64,000 nucleotides of DNA. Origin: Sphaerodactylus townsendi (Eukaryota). The notes below the pieces were generated by a model. That model searched no databases. It worked only from the letters and a program-made list of their open reading frames with translations, and was not told where the DNA came from. The DNA lies in the NCBI RefSeq assembly GCF_021028975.2, contig NC_059429.1, positions 77,066,001-77,130,000 on the forward strand, in the 5' to 3' direction. The position numbers and the translations under genes are program-made. Each line of letters opens with the position of its first letter. Position 1 is the stretch's first letter. Below are positions 59,947 through 64,000 of this stretch, piece by piece.

Positions 59947-61386
59947 AAGTCAGCATGGCTTTTTTTTGTAGAGAGCAAGTCCTTGTCTTACAAACTTACT
60001 AGAGTTCTTTTGAGGGTGTAAACAGACATGTTGATAAGGGGAACCAAGTGGACATTGGTTCTACTTGGATTTCCAAAAAGGTTTTGACAAAGTTCCCTCA
60101 CCAGACCGTGTTGAGAAAACTCAGCAATGAAGGAATAAAAAGCCGGAAGTCCCCTCCCTAGCGGATTAAAACTGGTTGGAGGAACAGGAAACAAAGGGTG
60201 GGTGATAAAATGGGAAGTTCTCACAATGGAGAGATGTTGAGGAGGTGTCCCCCGAAGCTCTGTTTTGGGACCAGTGCTCTTTAACCCTGTCCATAAAATG
60301 ACCCGGAAGTAGGGTGGGTGGGCAGCGTGCAGGCCAAGTTTGCAGATGATACTAAAATTACAGTATGGTGGTGAGAACCACAAAGGGATTCGCTATAAAG
60401 AGCCCCTGCTGACCTTGATAGAATTAGGTGAGTGGGCCAAGAAATGTGGCAATGCAGTTCACCGTAGCAAAATGTGATGATGATGCACATGAGGGCAAAA
60501 ATCCAAACTCACATACTGCGCTACAGGGTCCAGTGTGCTATCAGTCCTGTGACCAGGAAAGGGATTTGGGTGTCTTGAGTTGATAGTTCCATGGAATACA
60601 ACTCTCAATGCATGGCAGCTGTATGAAAAGGCAAACTGGCTATGCTGGGGATAATTAGGAAAGGAGATGATAATAAAACTGCAAGGATTGTCATGCCCTA
60701 TATACAAGCCATCATGCATCAGCGACTTGGAGTACTGTGTTCAGTCTCTGGCTCATACATCTCCAAAAAAAGGATGTCAAAAGAGAGATAGAAAAAAAGT
60801 GCAGAGAAGGGCAACAAGGATGATTGAAGGATTGGAGCACCTTCCCTATGCAGAGGAGAGAGGTACAGCCGCTTTGGGACTCCCTTTAGCTTGGAGAGGA
60901 GACGCCTGAGGGGGATATGATTGAAGTCTATGCAAAAATTATGCATAGGGGTAGAAAATGCTGACAGAGAAGACATTTTTCTCTCTCTTTCTCACAATAC
61001 TAGAACCAGGGGGCATTCATTGAAAATGCTGGGGGGAAGAATTAGGACTAATAAAAGGAAACACTTCTTCACACAACGTGTGATTGGTGTTTGGAATATG
61101 CTGCCACAGGAGGTGGTGATGGCCACTAACCTGGATAGCTTTAAAACGGGCTTGGACAGATTTATGGAGGAGAAGTCGATTTATGGCTACCAATCTTGAT
61201 CCTCCTTGATCTCAGATTGCAAATGCCTTAGCAGACCAGGTGCTCAGGAGCAGCAGCAGCAGAAGGCCATTGCTTTTACATCCTGCATGTGAGCTCCCAA
61301 AGGCACCTGGTGGGCCACTGCGAGTAGCAGAGTGCTGGACTAGATGGACTCTGGTCTGATCCAGCAGGCTAGTTCTTATGTTCTTA
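59947..61386 (+). mobile_element. CR1 LINE, 5'-truncated, with intact 3' end
   Basis: Homologous to 18771-19882; ORF2 C-terminus TRGHSLK...FFTQRVIGVWNMLP...FKTGLDRFM; 3' UTR ending (GTTCTTAT) repeat. Confidence 0.95.
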
Positions 61387-61874
61387 AGTATTCGGATGAT
61401 ACTACATCATACAGGAAATGCAGTACAAGGACATTTCTAAAGGGGATGAATGGTTAATAAAATGGAAGTTATATTAAAAGAAGACAAACAGGGACCAAAA
61501 ATCCTACATAGGTTGACAGGGATCTAAAGTGGCTATAAGTATCCAGGAAACAACTTGAGGGGCCCCAGTAAAATGTCACTGAAGACATTTCTTCACACCA
61601 CAGCATTTAAACAAAAGATCAGAATCCAGATTAGAAAAGGGATTACAGAAAATTGTATGGTTCAGAAATACCACTACACAAATCTTAAACTCAGCTATAC
61701 TCAAACTAATATGTACAGTTCTGGTCAAGTTTACCTCAAAAATGAACTGTAGAATAGAAATACAGAAATATGCAAGTGACTAATGAATTAATATTTCTTC
61801 CTTACAAGGGATTTGGGCATGTTTAGTTGAGACCAGGAGAGAGGAAGGGGGGAAAACCTGGACCCTGGTACAGC

Positions 61875-61975
61875 CAGTGGTGGGATTCAGCAGGTTCACA
61901 CCACTTCAGCAGAACCGGTTGTTAAAATGGTGCTTGTAAACAACCAGTTGTTAAATTATTTGAATCCCACTACTG
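61875..61975. mobile_element. 101-bp hAT MITE
   Basis: TIR CAGTGGTGGGATTCA; perfect TSD GGTACAGC. Confidence 0.9.
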
Positions 61976-63558
61976 GGTACAGCCATAGATTTATGAACAA
62001 TGTACAGCAAATGGGTAGTGTGAAACAGAAGAACTCAGCATTACCCACTAAAATTAGCTAGCAGTAAATTCAGGAAAGATAAAACAGAACTTCTTTCTAG
62101 AAAGCTTACTTAATTCATGGTCACTTTCTTTAAAATGGAATGATGGCTAATAGCTTTTAAAAGATTGCATTTTAACTAATTGCATTCTTTTGACATCACC
62201 AGAACTGTACACAGTGTTTCTAAACTACACTTGCACTACAGAGTATATATTCAGATATCATTAGTAAAAGGGACTGAAAAGAAAACATTATTCTATATAA
62301 ATGGCATTATAATACTGTCTTATTTTCAATCCCTTTTCTAATATCTGAATTTACCATTCTTCTGCAGCTCACTGAGTTCGCAAGAACTACAAGCAGATCT
62401 CAACTCTCTCTCTCTCTCTTCCCACAAAAAAGTCAGTGAATCTTCCAAGCTGCAACATGAGGAGATACAGTGTGAAAAAGGCTCACATTCACAGACACGG
62501 AAATGCTCTTCTAGACATGGAAATGAGAGTTTGGATCCAGCGGCACATCTCTGAAATCTTTCTTAGGCAATCCATGACAGTTCAAACCCTTTTTTATGTG
62601 TGTGCCATTTCATTACTCTGAATAATTTGCCAATATCCACAAAGTTGCTCACTCCCATCTCTGCATCTTTCACAAATTTGAGTCACGTAGCTTTTTCTAA
62701 AAAATAAATTATAATCAAACACAAGTCAACTTTTTAAAAATTAAGTAGCTTAAACAAGAAAAAATAAGATTAAAAAATGAAAAAATACACATAACTGAAG
62801 TGTGCAGTAGCATAACAAAACTACACAACACTATATAAATCACTCATACCCGATTACTTAAATCTATTTTCTGGATGCAAGGCAATCAAACTGAATCTAG
62901 CTCATTTAACTACTTATCTTTTTGTACATACATTGATTAGCATATATATTTTCTTAGTTTTTTTGTCCATTCTGAGATATCTGGAAGCATTTTTCTTTTT
63001 CCTATATCTAGCACACAAAATTCTAGTTATAGTGGTCATGTGTAACATAATGTCTTGGAATCTTTTAGGGAAGTTTATTACATTATTGGGCTGCACTACT
63101 TCAGGAGCAAAAGGTGCATACACACCTAAACCTAACTGCAAATCTTCCACAATAGTTATCCATACAGAGAAAACCACACTATATGTAAAAATCCTGCTTT
63201 GGATTGCTTGCAAAAGCAACACCTATTCAGAGGACCATACATTTTAGCAAGTTTCTTTGCAGTCATTTTCCAGAACTGAATTTTAAATATATTTTCCCTT
63301 AACTGAGTACAAAGGACAGACAATTTGAAAGGATGTAATGCCAAATTTTGTCTGGGAACATATAAACAAGAATCTTGCCACTTTCCACAAAAAGTAAAAA
63401 AGTAAGCAAAAAGCCTCTGCTCACATTTAGAAGTAAATAGTAAGTAAACATTTAGAAGAAAACATGTAATCTATCTAAATCATAAATTGCAGAAACTAAA
63501 CATGAGACCTGAAATGATAAACTTTTATTATGATTCCCAAGAAATTAGTAAATTATTT

Positions 63559-63846
63559 AGAGTCAGTGTGATGTAGTGGTTAAGAGAGGTAGATTCAAAT
63601 CTGCAGAACTGGGTTTGATTCCCCACTCTTCCACATAAGCAGTGTACTCTTATCTTGTGAACTGGATTTCCCCCCCATTCCTACTCATGAAGCCTGCTGG
63701 GTGACCCTGGGCTAGTCACAGTTCTGTCAGAACTCTCTGAGCCCCCAACTCCCACCTCACAAGATTTCTGTTGTGGGGAGAGGAAGGGAAGGCATTTGTA
63801 AACTGCTGTAAGACTCCTTAAAGGGAAAAAAGGTTATAAAAACCGA
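63559..63846 (+). mobile_element. Squam3-type SINE
   Basis: Head and body match the other copies. Confidence 0.8.
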
Positions 63847-64000
63847 TTATCATAATCATGAAATAATCTTAATTGTATATCACTTTTATCTCTTAGGAAT
63901 CCACAAAAATGATTTTAAATGAACACTGATATGTACTGTTCAATTACTATTTCCAATTAATTATCTGAAAACCATCTAATTAACCATTTTAATTTTGAAG

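Noticed and set aside
62600-64000. RBM15 coding sequence
   Set aside because: Expected by synteny, but no RRM or SPOC-coding segment is recognisable within the window.

Overview
Vertebrate genomic DNA, most likely a squamate reptile and probably a gecko (inferred from the repeats: Squam3-type tRNA SINEs, a 5S-headed SINE, CR1, L2, Penelope-like fragments, hAT and Harbinger MITEs). It carries the conserved amniote block CYM/embryonic pepsinogen(-) - PROK1(-) - LAMTOR5(+) - SLC16A4(+); by human synteny RBM15(-) is expected just beyond the right edge. PROK1 (3 exons, 105 aa) and LAMTOR5 (4 exons, 91 aa) are intact. Only exons 1-2 of the chymosin-type pepsinogen are visible. SLC16A4 has 8 recognisable coding exons, but its reading frame breaks inside the large loop exon (~45850-45910). 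Notable accessory elements: (1) a TSD-bounded env+3'LTR retroviral remnant whose TM subunit has avian-leukosis-virus-like architecture; (2) a complete non-autonomous Helitron 26 nt from a pepsinogen splice donor; (3) Penelope-derived hairpins, one with a minimal hammerhead ribozyme core; (4) CpG-rich 501-bp Harbinger-type MITEs; (5) a candidate spliced antisense transcript interleaved with SLC16A4. Several segments look like unpolished long-read sequence, so frameshifts there must be treated cautiously. All calls were made by eye; no database searches were run.
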